A DNA stretch of 64,000 nt, taken from Octopus sinensis. Its lineage: Eukaryota. Below the pieces are notes generated by a model that saw only the letters and a program-made list of their open reading frames with translations, made no database searches and was not told the DNA's origin. The stretch lies in NCBI RefSeq assembly GCF_006345805.1, contig NC_043004.1, positions 14,012,001-14,076,000 of the forward strand, written 5' to 3'. Shown piece by piece: positions 1-10,845 of this stretch. Each line of letters opens with the position of its first letter. Position 1 is the first letter of the stretch. The position numbers and the translations under genes were made by a program.

Positions 1-226
1 CGTACTTTTATTTCAGTCTGTAGCTATGCAACAGCAGTAATCTAGTTATTCAGCTATAATAACGAGAGTGCCAGTAAAACAAAATGGATAATATCTGCAG
101 ATCAGGACAAACGCTTGGTAAACACTCTAATATATATATCATAAATTGTCAACGAAAAGTCTTTGATAGTATCTTTCAAGGTAGTGAATCATTCAAACAT
201 CCCAATTAGTTTAGGAACTGGAGCCA

Positions 227-454
227 TTAACACATTATTATTTACGTTACTCTGTCAAAATTAATGCCTATTTATTCAGATTGTTTTGAATTAATCATGC
301 ATTATCTTGTAGCTTCGAGATTTCGATATAGTGATTGCTTATTATTAGGATGTTATTGTAGGTAAGGTGGGAGAGGCCAGATTCAGCCAGCTGGAACATA
401 AAATAGGGTCAGTATTTGGGTCTGATACGGGTGGTTTAAATGCTAGAAGGTTAA
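227..454. mobile_element. Degenerate MITE-like repeat bounded by TTAA (piggyBac-type ends)
   Basis: Starts at TTAA (227-230) and ends ...aaatgctagaaggTTAA (454). Left TIR is decayed, so the family call rests on recognition only. Confidence 0.4.
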
Positions 455-464
455 ATACTAGTTG

Positions 465-762
465 TACAGGTGAATTTCCCAAATTGCACATAAGACTTTA
501 TAAAAGTGAGATTATATTTCATTTTAGAAAATAATTAATTTATGTTTAACGACGAACTTTTTTGGGAAAATATGCGGTGGGGACGACAACCAGTTATAGA
601 CTACAAAGAAATCACGCTATACATACCACCCACAAAAAAATCCATGAAGCACAATAAAAAAAAGAAAAACATTAAGAGACCAAAATATAGAAATAGAAAA
701 CTGGAAAGGTTACGTCGAATATATATTATATATATATATATATGTATATATGTGTATATATA

Positions 763-796
<34 letters not shown>

Positions 797-808
797 TCAT
801 ATATATAT

Positions 809-879
<71 letters not shown>

Positions 880-2525
880 CGTAGATATCCATCATATACG
901 TACACACACACGCACACAAACACAAACACAGATGTATGTATGTATTTATAAGCATAAGATCGAACAGCATTTGCAGAAATAGTGAAATACACGTTCAGGG
1001 CCCAATTCCCAAATCCCGCACTACAAGAATTTATAAAAGTGGGGTTAAGATTCATTCTAGAAAATAATTACTTTATGCTTAACGACGAACTTTCTTCGGA
1101 AAAAGACCTGGGAATGCACTAGGGCGACAGCCAGTTATGGGCTAAAAAGAAATTACGATATAACAAAAAAAAAAGAAAAGAAAAAATGGAAACAAAATCT
1201 CATGTAGCAAAATCAAAAAAGAAAGAAAAACCTTTAGGAAACGAAAATATGGAAAGCCTTTCTCCATGTATTAGTTCGTCAAGTATGAAATTTGTCGTAA
1301 GTTATATGGTAATTTTGCGCCATTGTTATATTTTGACAATCTTTATTTTTTGCTAGGAAGCTGACACATCTATTTCTTTATTCTACCGCATTTTGCGCTT
1401 TATAAATATTTATAAATCAATTATTCCTATTTTTGTAGAGATGGATAAGTCGGAAATTCGTACAGTTTTGAAATATGAGTTCTTTCTTGGAAATACCGCA
1501 TAGCAGACAGCTCGAAATATTTATGGAGTATTTCATTCTAATGTTATTACAAAGCAGACAGTATCAAATTGGTTTGAAAATTTTGTTCTGGTAACTTTGA
1601 TCTCACAAATGAGCTACGCGGTCGACCAGAAATAAAGGTGGATAATGACGAACTGAAAGCCACCGTCGAATCAGATCCATCTCAAAGTGCCTGTGAATTA
1701 TCGTTGTTGTTTGATGTTACCAAGAAAAAAAATAATGACTCCACTAGTTCGAATCGGCAAAGTGAAAAAGTTGGATAAGTGGGTGCACATGAATTCAATG
1801 AAAATCAGAAATAGCAACGTTTGGAAGCTTGCATTATGCTACTTTCTCATCACAAAAATGAATCAATTTTGAATAGAATTGTAACATGTGATGAGAAATG
1901 AATCCAATACAGCAACCGTAAACGTTCAGCACAATGGTTGGACAAAGACGAGCCACCAAAACAGTTCAAAAAACAAAATTCATCAAAAGAAGCTGATGGT
2001 GTGTGTTGGTGGTCTGGTGCAGGTGTAATCCATTATGATTTGATTAAACCTGGCTCATCAATCACGGCCGAAGTACACTTCAGCCAAATGATCCAGAAAC
2101 TTACAAAAAAACCCAGCCTAGATTAGTCAACAGAGCCATTCCTATTTCATTGCAAAACAACACCAGACCACACCTCGCAAAAGTGACATTGGCGAAACTA
2201 CAGGATTTGGAGTTGGAAGTTCTCCATCATCCACCATACTCACCTGATCTTGGCCCCACTGAAGATTTTGATAGGAAAACAATTTAATTAGCATGATGCT
2301 GTAAAACAGGCCTTCCAAGATGTTATTGATTCTAGATTGCCAGCTTTTACAGTTCCGGATTGGACAAGCTACCGTTGAAATGACAAAAGTGTATTGACAA
2401 TATGGGTGCATAATTTGATGAATAGAACTATTCCTTCTATATATAAAACTTTAGCAAACTTTTTCTTTTCTACAAATTTTATATTTCACGACCTAATAGA
2501 AATAGAAACTGCAGAAGTTACCACG

Positions 2526-2593
<68 letters not shown>

Positions 2594-2602
2594 ATATATA
2601 TA

Positions 2603-2680
<78 letters not shown>

Positions 2681-2704
2681 GGTATATGTATATGTGTATG
2701 TGTG

Positions 2705-2761
<57 letters not shown>

Positions 2762-2869
2762 GTGTATATATATACATCATATATGTACATACACATACAC
2801 ACATGTGTGTATTTATATGCATAAGATCGAACAGTATTTGCATATATAGTGAAATACACGTTCAGGGCC
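465..2869 (+). repeat. Old tandem duplication, unit about 510 bp; the second unit is interrupted by a mariner
   Basis: Blocks 'tttataaaagtg..tagaaaataatta..tttatg.ttaacgacgaacttt' occur at about 495-560 and 1030-1095. 'gcataagatcgaacag.atttgca...agtgaaatacacgttcagggcc' occurs at 952-1001 and 2819-2869. 'tagaaatagaaa' at about 687 resumes at 2497, right after the mariner. Confidence 0.65.
1271..2496 (+). mobile_element. Full-length decayed mariner (Tc1/mariner) DNA transposon
   Basis: TA at 1269-70 and 2497-98. TIRs ttagttcgtcaagtatgaaatttgt and acaaattttatatttcacgacctaa. Broken transposase from ATG 1441: MDKSEIRTVLKYEF, GKVKKLDKWV(P)H, IVTCDEK, WWSGAGVIHYDL, LHHPPYSPDL. Multiple stops and frameshifts. 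Confidence 0.92.
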
Positions 2870-3689
2870 ACAAAAAAAACTTCACATCCTGACCAAGGAT
2901 GGAATATCGGCCTCACATCTGGGAAGGTGCGATGTTGCAGCTACTAATTATACAAGCCATGCGTGTGACTGGTAAATAATCAACGAAACATTTTATCACC
3001 AACGCACAGACGAACTGTCTCTTCACTTTGCATTATCTTGCGCCATGAGAAATTTATCAACGCCCCGAAGCTTATAATTTGCATATCGTAACTCGCTAAA
3101 ACCCACTCGCCATAACTCTCACTTCTCCTGTTGTTACTCATAAAATATATGTCTTCCCAATTCCAGTACTAAACACAACTTCCAATATTTTCTCTCCGAA
3201 AGTCAATCTCATGGTATTGCACCCTCCTCCACACATTTTTTCTATTTTTCTTTCTATATATTTATATCGATTTATAGATTTACAAGCTGAACATAAACTG
3301 TAATAAAATGTATCGATCTAAGCGGTCTCGGATGGTCTCAAGAAGTAAAACATAAAAAGAAACTTGAAAAATAAATAAACATTCTCTGGGGGTATGAAAA
3401 TATTAGAAAAAACACCAAACAATTCGACCGACGACAGTTATGCACTGCACTCGCAGTATAAGAAAATATACATGAAAAAAAAAAAACAAAAACAAAACAA
3501 AACCAAGCAAACAAACAAAAGAACCAGAAAACAAGTAAAAGTAGAAAACAAATAATAAGAGTAAATATAAAAAAAAAAAAAATTTACAATAAGTTTCTCT
3601 ATTTCTGTCTATTTATGTTGGCTTGCCTCCTTCTCTCCCTCTTCTTTTATTCTCTCCCAATAACTTTTTATATTAGTTATCTATCTATC

Positions 3690-3766
<77 letters not shown>

Positions 3767-3770
3767 ATAG

Positions 3771-4006
3771 GGGCAGGCGTGGCTTTGTGGTAAGAAGTTT
3801 GTTTCCCAACTACATGGTTCCGGGTTCAGTCCCACTGCGTGACAACTAGGCCAAGTCTCTTCTACTATAAGCCTCGGGCCGACCAGAACCTTGTGAGTAT
3901 ATCTGGAAGGCAAACACTGAATGAAGCCCATCGTATATATGTATATATATACATACATGTATGTATGTATGTATGTGTGTGTATATATATATATACATAC
4001 ATATAC

Positions 4007-4043
<37 letters not shown>

Positions 4044-4200
4044 TGCGTGTGTGTTTGTCACCCAACATCGCTTGACAACGATGCTGGTGTGTTTACGTCC
4101 CCGTAACATAGCAGCTCGGCTAAAGAAACCGATAGAATAAGTACAAGGCTTACAAATAATAAGTCCTAGGTTCGATTTCTTCGACTAAAGGCTGTGCTCG
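3771..4200 (+). mobile_element. tRNA-derived SINE family A (internal CA/TA microsatellite)
   Basis: tRNA-like head (gtggctttgtggtaag...ggttcagtccc), then gaagcccatcg-(TA/TG)n, then gtttacgtccccgtaac...gatagaataagtac...cgactaaagg. Recurs more than 12 times in the window. Confidence 0.8.
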
Positions 4201-5000
4201 TCTCGTAGGCATAAGCTCATAGGCCGGTTTCCAGGGTTATGAGACGTTATACTTTTCCCTGCTCTGGACGGGATGCGGTCCTTCAGTTTTACTAAGCCTG
4301 GTTAAGGATTCAGAAAGTTGGGCCTCTAACCAGGTCTTTCTCGACACCCTTAAAGCCGAAAACTTTTCAACATTTGTATGTATGTGTAAGAGAGTACCTG
4401 GTTGTACAGTGGCAGCCGAAAACACGCACATCTCTGTTGTGTCTGCAGACGATCACACAAAGGTGAAAGACTCAGCTGCAGCATGTGCGTTTGCAGACGA
4501 CCCTGCATGTGGTCGTTCTGAACTAGGTCTCGCTCCAAGAACAGTCTCTGCTGTTTCTGTAGATGCTCACATGAAAACTGAAGATCTAGCTACCGCATCT
4601 CTCCTTATGGCCTCTATTGGTATGCCATTCAATCTTGTTATTGACTTCATTCAGTTGTTTAGCAATCAGCAATCAGGCCCCATCCTTGTATGACAGACAA
4701 GCAGTCCTGTCCGTCTTGTTTGCTGTCCGAGTCGATGCTTTCACTGGTATAGAAATCTCTGTAATTGTTTTTTCTGCTTTGCCTCTCTTCATCTAGCCTG
4801 TTATGGTGTGTGTGGTTTATATTCTTGCCAGTTATGCTTTTTCGGGGTAATGGGTGATTGGCTACCATGTCGATGGCGGTCATTTGACGCGATTGCTTTG
4901 GTACGGCTACTTCTTTGGTGACGGACTTTACGTGACGTATTATCTGATGTTGATGGCTGACACGCATACACACACACAGAGGCACACACAGAGAGGTAAC

Positions 5001-5037
<37 letters not shown>

Positions 5038-5504
5038 GACTGAGGCCACTGTCTCTCTCACTCTGACACACCACAGAGGCATACTCACAGACACACACAC
5101 ACACAAAAAAATGTATAATAAGGGAGAGAGAGCAAGTAAAGAGAGAGAATTAGAAACAGTCGGGCGTACTAAAATTGCTCTGACTGATACACAAACACAG
5201 ATGGAAACACACAAACACAAAGACTTACAACACACATACACATACACACATACACACACACACTCTCTCTCTCACGCACACATACACACATACATCCTCC
5301 GGCATTCCTATTCAACAGAAATAGAGCAAGAAAAGCGAAATATTACAAATGATAAACAATTTTAAAATACACAGCCATCTCTCGTTACTTGATATAAGTA
5401 TACTATGACAAATTTTGATTGATAGTAAAATAAAAGCTTATATTTACTGATATAACGAAAGTCATCTTTTTATTTGGTAATTACAGACATATTCTTCAGC
5501 CATA

Positions 5505-5655
5505 TTATTTACATTATTTACAATTGACGGATATTTGTCCTCATTTTGTTTGTTGCTAACACAACGTTTCGGCTGATATACACTCCAGCCTTCATCAGGT
5601 GTCATGGGGAAATTTCGAACCTGGGTTCTCATTCCTAAGGAATTCTATGATGTTA
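5505..5655 (-). mobile_element. Hammerhead-bearing short repeat (left arm of inverted pair with 8915-9067)
   Basis: Reverse complement of 8915-9067 at roughly 90% identity by eye. Abuts (ATT)n. Confidence 0.8.
5557..5604 (-). ncRNA. Minimal type-I hammerhead ribozyme (Penelope-like-element type)
   Basis: Minus strand reads UGACAC-CUGAUGA-A-GGCUG(10 nt)CAGCC-GAA-ACGU-U-GUGUUA. Stem I is 6 bp with one GU, stem II 5 bp, palindromic ACGU stem III, GUU cleavage triplet, one extra A after A9. Confidence 0.75.
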
Positions 5656-5672
5656 TTATTATTATCATTATG

Positions 5673-5737
<65 letters not shown>

Positions 5738-5738
<1 letters not shown>

Positions 5739-8162
5739 TATGTTTGACTTTTGCTTTATGTCTGTACAAGTTGGCTCCAAGTCTCACCCAGAGACCCCAA
5801 GAGACAACATGTTGGAGGTTCACGTTGTTGTTATGCCTAGTGTGCCATATATTTGGGGTTTTTTTGTGTTGTACTAGTGAATGTCTAATACATAAAAAAA
5901 AACCTTTTGTTTTAAACCTTGGGATTACATAGAGAGTATTTTGCGTAGGATATGAGCAGTTCCCATGAGCACTATCTTTTGAATTTCTGCCATTTTGGGG
6001 TTTCCTGGTATCTGAGTTAGGTAGCAATCAGTCCCTTTCGCTATCATTCCCAGGGCACCTATGACAACAGGTATTGTTTTAGTCTTCAGCTTCCACATTT
6101 TGCTGATTTCTATTTCAAGATCTTTATATTTGCTCAGTTTTTGGTAGGTCTTGACAGATACGTTTATATCGATTGGGACAGTCATATCAATGAGGAGGCA
6201 TGTTCTTTGTCTGAAGTCTTTCACTATGATGTCTGGCCTATTTGCATCTATTTTTCTGTCGGTTTGAATGGTGAAGTTCCAGAGGAGTGAGATGTGGTCA
6301 TTTTCAAGCACTGGAGGTGGATTGTGTTCCCACCAGTTTTTTTCATGGGGCAAATCCAGGTTTTTGCAAATTACCCAGTGAATATATTGTGCAGCTCTAT
6401 CATGCCTGTTGAGGTACTCTGTAGGCGCTAGAAGACTGCATTTGGAGACAACATGATCAATGGTTTCATTTTGTTGTCGGCATACACGACATGTTGGGCT
6501 ACTGCCGTTCTTTAATATGTTGACCTGGTAGTTTCTTGCTGGTAGGCATTGATCTTGAGCTGCTATGATAAACCCCTCTGTTTCAGATTTTAAGCCAGAG
6601 GCCATTAGTCATTGATGGGTCAGGGCTTTGTCAATATCTGCATTATTCGCTCTCTTTGGGTATTTGCCATAGAGAGGTTTTTCTTGCCATTTATTATTCA
6701 GAATATCTAAGGCCGCAGTTTTGGCACGGGTTTTCATGCGCCTAGCTTTTTCTGTGCTTGTTTCTTGTATGTCTATCTCTAATTCCGAAATTGGTTGTAT
6801 TCGGAATTCACTTAGATATTCCTTTGCCTGTTTTGTTACTGAGTATGAAGCTTTCTTTTTTTCATGTTTTGAGACAAGTTTTAACATCCAATCCTCAGAC
6901 TTTTTCAGGTAGGTGTCTAGGCCAATTGTAGCAATCTTCATTGTTATTGCCAGTTGCAAAAGACCACGGCCTCCCTCTTTTCTTTGCAGATAAAGTCGTT
7001 CTGTATCTGCCTTAGGGTGGTGCATTCTATGCATTGTCAACAGTTTTCTTATTTTTCTGTCGAGCTGACATATTTCAGTAATTGACCAGTTAACGACATT
7101 GAAACTGTAAGTCACGACTGGTATGGCTAATGCATTGATCGCTTCGATCCTGTTTCTTGCATTCAGCTCTGTCTTGAGTATTGCTCTCACTCTTCGATAG
7201 CATTCTCTCCTGATCCTTTCCTTCATCTCTGAATGTCTTATTCCTTTCCCTTCAATTACCCCTAGGTACTTGTAGCTCTCCGCTGGGTCTAGTTCTTTTA
7301 TGACATTCTGCTGGTCAAGGTTAACGTTAGATGTTTCTGTCATTTTTCCTTTGATAAAGGTAGCTTTTGCACATTTATCGAGGCCGAATTGCATTCTGAT
7401 GTCGTCACTGAATTGTTTGACTATCGCTAGTAAGCCCTTGAGTTGTTGGTCATTCTTTGCAAAGAGCTTTAAATCATCCATGTAAATGAGATGATTTATA
7501 TTTTTATCAAACATTTTATACCCGTGCTGCGCGTCATTGAGCAGTTTTGAGAGAGGTATTAAGGCTAAACAAAAGAGGAGTGGTGATAGTGAGTCACCCT
7601 GGAAAATTCCACCCGAAATTTTTACATCACCAGCATTTAGGGATTCATTGTCACTGTTCAGAGTTAGTGTGGTTCTCCATGATCTCATACTTACAGTCAA
7701 AACGTTTCGTAGAGTAGGTGCTATCTTATACATTTCAAGGCATTTCCTAATCCAGCTATGTGGTAGGCTATCAAAAGCCTTTTTATAGTCTATCCAGGCT
7801 ATTGATAAGTTTTTGTGTCGTTTGTGACAGTCTTCTAAGATCATCTTCTAAGATTTTCGCGGATGCATAGTATAGGTGGTTGAGATTTGTGATATCAACA
7901 TCATTAGCTGAAATTATATCCTTAAGTGCAAGCCGGATTTTACCAATTATTTTCATGTTTTGGTTAGAGTTGCGGATTTCAGGGAGTGTATCACGTTCAT
8001 CCATGCTGATTTCTTTAATTTTCAGCCATTCAATCATGATTTGATTTTTTAGCTCATGTAGTTCTGTTGGGTCAATATTTATGTGACTTTCTTTATCTAT
8101 TTGATGTTCATCTGTCCTAGTGTTTATGATTGGTTCAGGGAGTATTTCACTTTGCCTATCAC
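5738..8162 (-). mobile_element. R4/Dong-clade non-LTR retrotransposon (RT plus restriction-like endonuclease), internally deleted, flanked by (TAA)n
   Basis: RT-RLE coding region 5925-7844, N-terminal piece 7845-8162 (ITNLNHLYYASA), 3'UTR 5738-5924, and (ATT)n arrays on both sides (about 5650-5737 and 8163-8182). Confidence 0.9.
5925..7844 (-). pseudogene. R4/Dong ORF: reverse transcriptase, CCHC zinc finger and RLE nuclease; one in-frame TGA at 6609-6611
   Basis: DYKKAFDSLPH, GIFQGDSLSPLLF, YMDDLKL, YKYLGV, CRVC..ETIDHVVSKC, RHD, RPDIIV..LLIDMTVP..K..KYKDL. The 411-aa and 226-aa ORFs are in the same frame, separated by HQ*LM (probably TGG to TGA). Confidence 0.92.
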
Positions 8163-8182
8163 TTATTATTATTATTATTATT

Positions 8183-8720
8183 GAGTGAGAGAGCAGTTCA
8201 TGCAATCAAAGTGACACTGGGGTAAAATATACGAAGCCCAATATACCCATCATGACTACCCGTCTGATAAGGGTACACCAGGCACATGCATCACAACCAT
8301 ACGTGCGCGACATGGTGATCTCATATCAAGATAAACAGCACATGACCTTGCAGGTGGGACCCAGTTAGAAATTTCTTCAGGTTGAGTACCCCATCCCGCT
8401 CAAAAGGTCCCTGAATAAGGGTTGTTTAAGGATGCTGAAATAACCACCCATGTTTCCAGAGGTGAATTATTCAAACCCCAAAGAATCCCTCTCAACACAT
8501 GGCTATGATCCTCCCCCACTACTTCTGCTCGTGATCAGAAATGCACATATCGACAGCCACTAAGGGACATGCTCAACTGGTTAAGATCAAACAACTGACA
8601 AGCAAATCTGTGGTATTGAGCAGAATATTTGCTGTAGCCCATCTTTTATACCAAGACAAAACAATGTACATGATAACACTTCCAATCAGTTAAGATCAGA
8701 AGCCATGAGAGCCACTGCCT
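8183..8720 (-). mobile_element. Non-coding element of about 560 bp embedded in (AAT)n (family D)
   Basis: Homologous to 10844-11406, 10613-10784 and 24424-24587. All share the 3' end ctgctctctcact(c/g)-(AAT or CAA)n. No ORF and no tRNA head. Confidence 0.75.
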
Positions 8721-8753
8721 ATTATTATTATATTATTATTATTATTATTATGA

Positions 8754-8825
8754 TGCCTGGAATCGAACTCGGAATCTTGGGGTTAGTAGCCCGCGCTCTC
8801 AAGATTCCGAGTTCGATTCCAGGCA
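8754..8825. repeat. Perfect 26-bp inverted repeat with 20-nt loop, built from a tRNA-like SINE head
   Basis: tgcctggaatcgaactcggaatcttg (8754-8779) and caagattccgagttcgattccaggca (8800-8825). Contains B-box GTTCGATTCC. Microsatellite polarity flips from ATT to AAT across it. Confidence 0.95.
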
Positions 8826-8829
8826 GTGA

Positions 8830-8900
<71 letters not shown>

Positions 8901-9067
8901 TTAATACTAATAATAATAACATCGAAAAATACCTTAAGAATGAGAACCCAGGTTCGAAATTTCCCCATGACACCTGATAGAGGCTGGAGGGTATATCAGC
9001 CTAAACGTTGTGTTAACAACAAGCAAGATGAGGACAAATATCCTTCAAATGTGAATAATGTACATAA
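8800..9067 (+). mobile_element. Putative tRNA-headed SINE with internal (AAT)n and hammerhead-bearing 3' part
   Basis: B-box head 8800-8833, (AAT)n about 8834-8919, then the hammerhead-containing body homologous to 5505-5655. Confidence 0.6.
8968..9015 (+). ncRNA. Mutated copy of the 5557-5604 hammerhead (probably inactive)
   Basis: UGACAC-CUGAUAGA-GGCUG..CAGCC-UAAACGUU-GUGUUA. Stems are intact; the core has a GA to AG swap and G12 to U. Confidence 0.65.
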
Positions 9068-9224
9068 TTCCTCATCTCTTAAATATAGAACTGTAAGATT
9101 CTTCAGGTTTTTGACTACATCCATTTTCATATACTTTCTTGCAGCCTCTCTTTAACATTAAAAAGAAAGAAAACTCTTGGGGTTCATTCCCATCGCGGTG
9201 CATCATGTCTTAGACTCTTCCATG

Positions 9225-9335
9225 GTAGCCTCGAGCCGACCAAAGCGCTTTGTGAGTGGATTTGGTTGATAAAAACTGAAAGAAGCCCGTCATATATGTG
9301 TATATATGCGTGTGTATATGTGTGTGAGAGTGCGT

Positions 9336-9371
<36 letters not shown>

Positions 9372-9560
9372 CTTTGTGTTTATGTTTGTCCTCCACTGCT
9401 TGGCAACCGGCGTTAGTGTGTTTACGTCCCCGTAACTTCGAGGTTCGACTAAAGATTGACTGATAGAATAAGTACCAGGCTTTCAGAAAATGATTATTGG
9501 GGGGTCGATTCGTCCGACTAAAATTGTTCAATGCATTGTCCCAGCATGGCCGCAGTCATG
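9225..9560 (+). mobile_element. SINE family A, 5'-truncated
   Basis: ttgtgagtggatttgg..gaaagaagcccgt-(TG)n-gtttacgtccccgtaac..cagcatggccgcagtc. Confidence 0.75.
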
Positions 9561-9599
9561 AAGGAGGAGGACGAGGAAGAGGAAGGGTAGGTGCAGGAC

Positions 9600-9745
9600 A
9601 AGCAGAAGAAAAAGAAAAAGGGGAAGAAGAAGAAGAAGAAGAAGAAGAAGAAGAAGAAGAAGAAGAAGAAGAAGAAGAAGAAGGAGAGAAGGAGGCGGAA
9701 GAGGAGAAGGAAAAGAAAGAGAGGAAGAAGAAGAAGGAAAAGTAG
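9600..9745. repeat. (GAA)n purine-rich microsatellite
   Basis: Direct inspection. Explains the poly-E/K/S/L ORFs here. Confidence 0.95.
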
Positions 9746-10612
9746 GAGGGGAAGAACAAGAACTCAACTCTTAACTGTTGTATTTTATGTAGCCAACTGT
9801 TAACTTCCATATGGTGGGTCATTTCACGCTAAACGCAAATAATAAATGACGGTGGTCTATCCCTGAAATATTACCAATACCGTCTTTTAACTTTTTGAAA
9901 CCCTCAAAATTTTCTATGGTACCTCGCTTTACATCGATTCTTTACATTGTTTTTACATCGTTTCTGGCTACATATTTTGTCGTTGTTGTTGATGGTGCTG
10001 ACAGTGCTAAAACTTTTATTACCACTATCATCTTTTCCCCTTTATCGAGATTGGTTCATCAGACGTCGTAAACAAAAGTGACGCCTAAGTACAAATATAA
10101 ACAATGGTTTGTTGGTTGAGTAGTAGGAATTAGTTGCTACCTAAGTAATAAATACAACATTTTCTTGGTGCCCAAATAACCGATGACAAATGGGTTTCGC
10201 GCGGATTTGGTAGTGTCAAAACGGCGCATCATAGAACAACTAACTCAACTTTCAGTGATGAAACGAAAATTTGGGTTGGATAGATTTTCTTTTCACCCCA
10301 CCACGCAATTCAAGGATGATACCTGACCAGCTAATGACTGATTGCATTTACAGATTTGTAGCTAACTGTCACTTGCAAGGCATCTGCCGGGTCCATGAGC
10401 CTTAATTTCTGCTGTCGTTAGCGTTTAAGGATTACCTGGCTGGTATATCGTGTGGCGTTGAGTAGTGAAGCACATTTTACTTCAGTGATAATCGTCAGCT
10501 TACTTTCAAACCAGTTCTGTGTTTTACATAGTTTCTTCTTGAAGGCTTTTCTTTTCTACTCTAGGTACAAGGCCCGAAATTTTGGGGGAGGGGGGCCAGT
10601 CGATTAGATCGA

Positions 10613-10784
10613 CCTGCAAGGTCATGTGCTGTTTATCTTGATATGAGATCACCATGTCGCGCACATATGATTGTGATGCATGTGCCTGGTGTACCTTTAT
10701 CAGACGGGTAGTCATGATGGGTATACTGGGCTTCGTATATTTTACCCCAGTGTCACTTTGATGGCATGAACTGCTCTCTCACTC
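10613..10784 (+). mobile_element. Family D 3' fragment fused to a SINE-B fragment
   Basis: cctgcaaggtcatgtgctg...ctgctctctcactc-(AAT)n. Joined to gattagatcgacc of SINE B. Confidence 0.75.

Positions 10785-10843
<59 letters not shown>

Positions 10844-10845
<2 letters not shown>

Noticed and set aside
2880-2965. tRNA-like sequence on the minus strand; likewise all SINE heads
   Set aside because: No complete cloverleaf or acceptor stem; these are SINE-derived, not tRNA genes.
9497-9822. Poly-E/K/S/L ORFs
   Set aside because: (GAA)n microsatellite.
10160-10285. FSDETKIW resembling the Tc1 FSDE motif
   Set aside because: Isolated short match with no other transposase motifs or TIRs.
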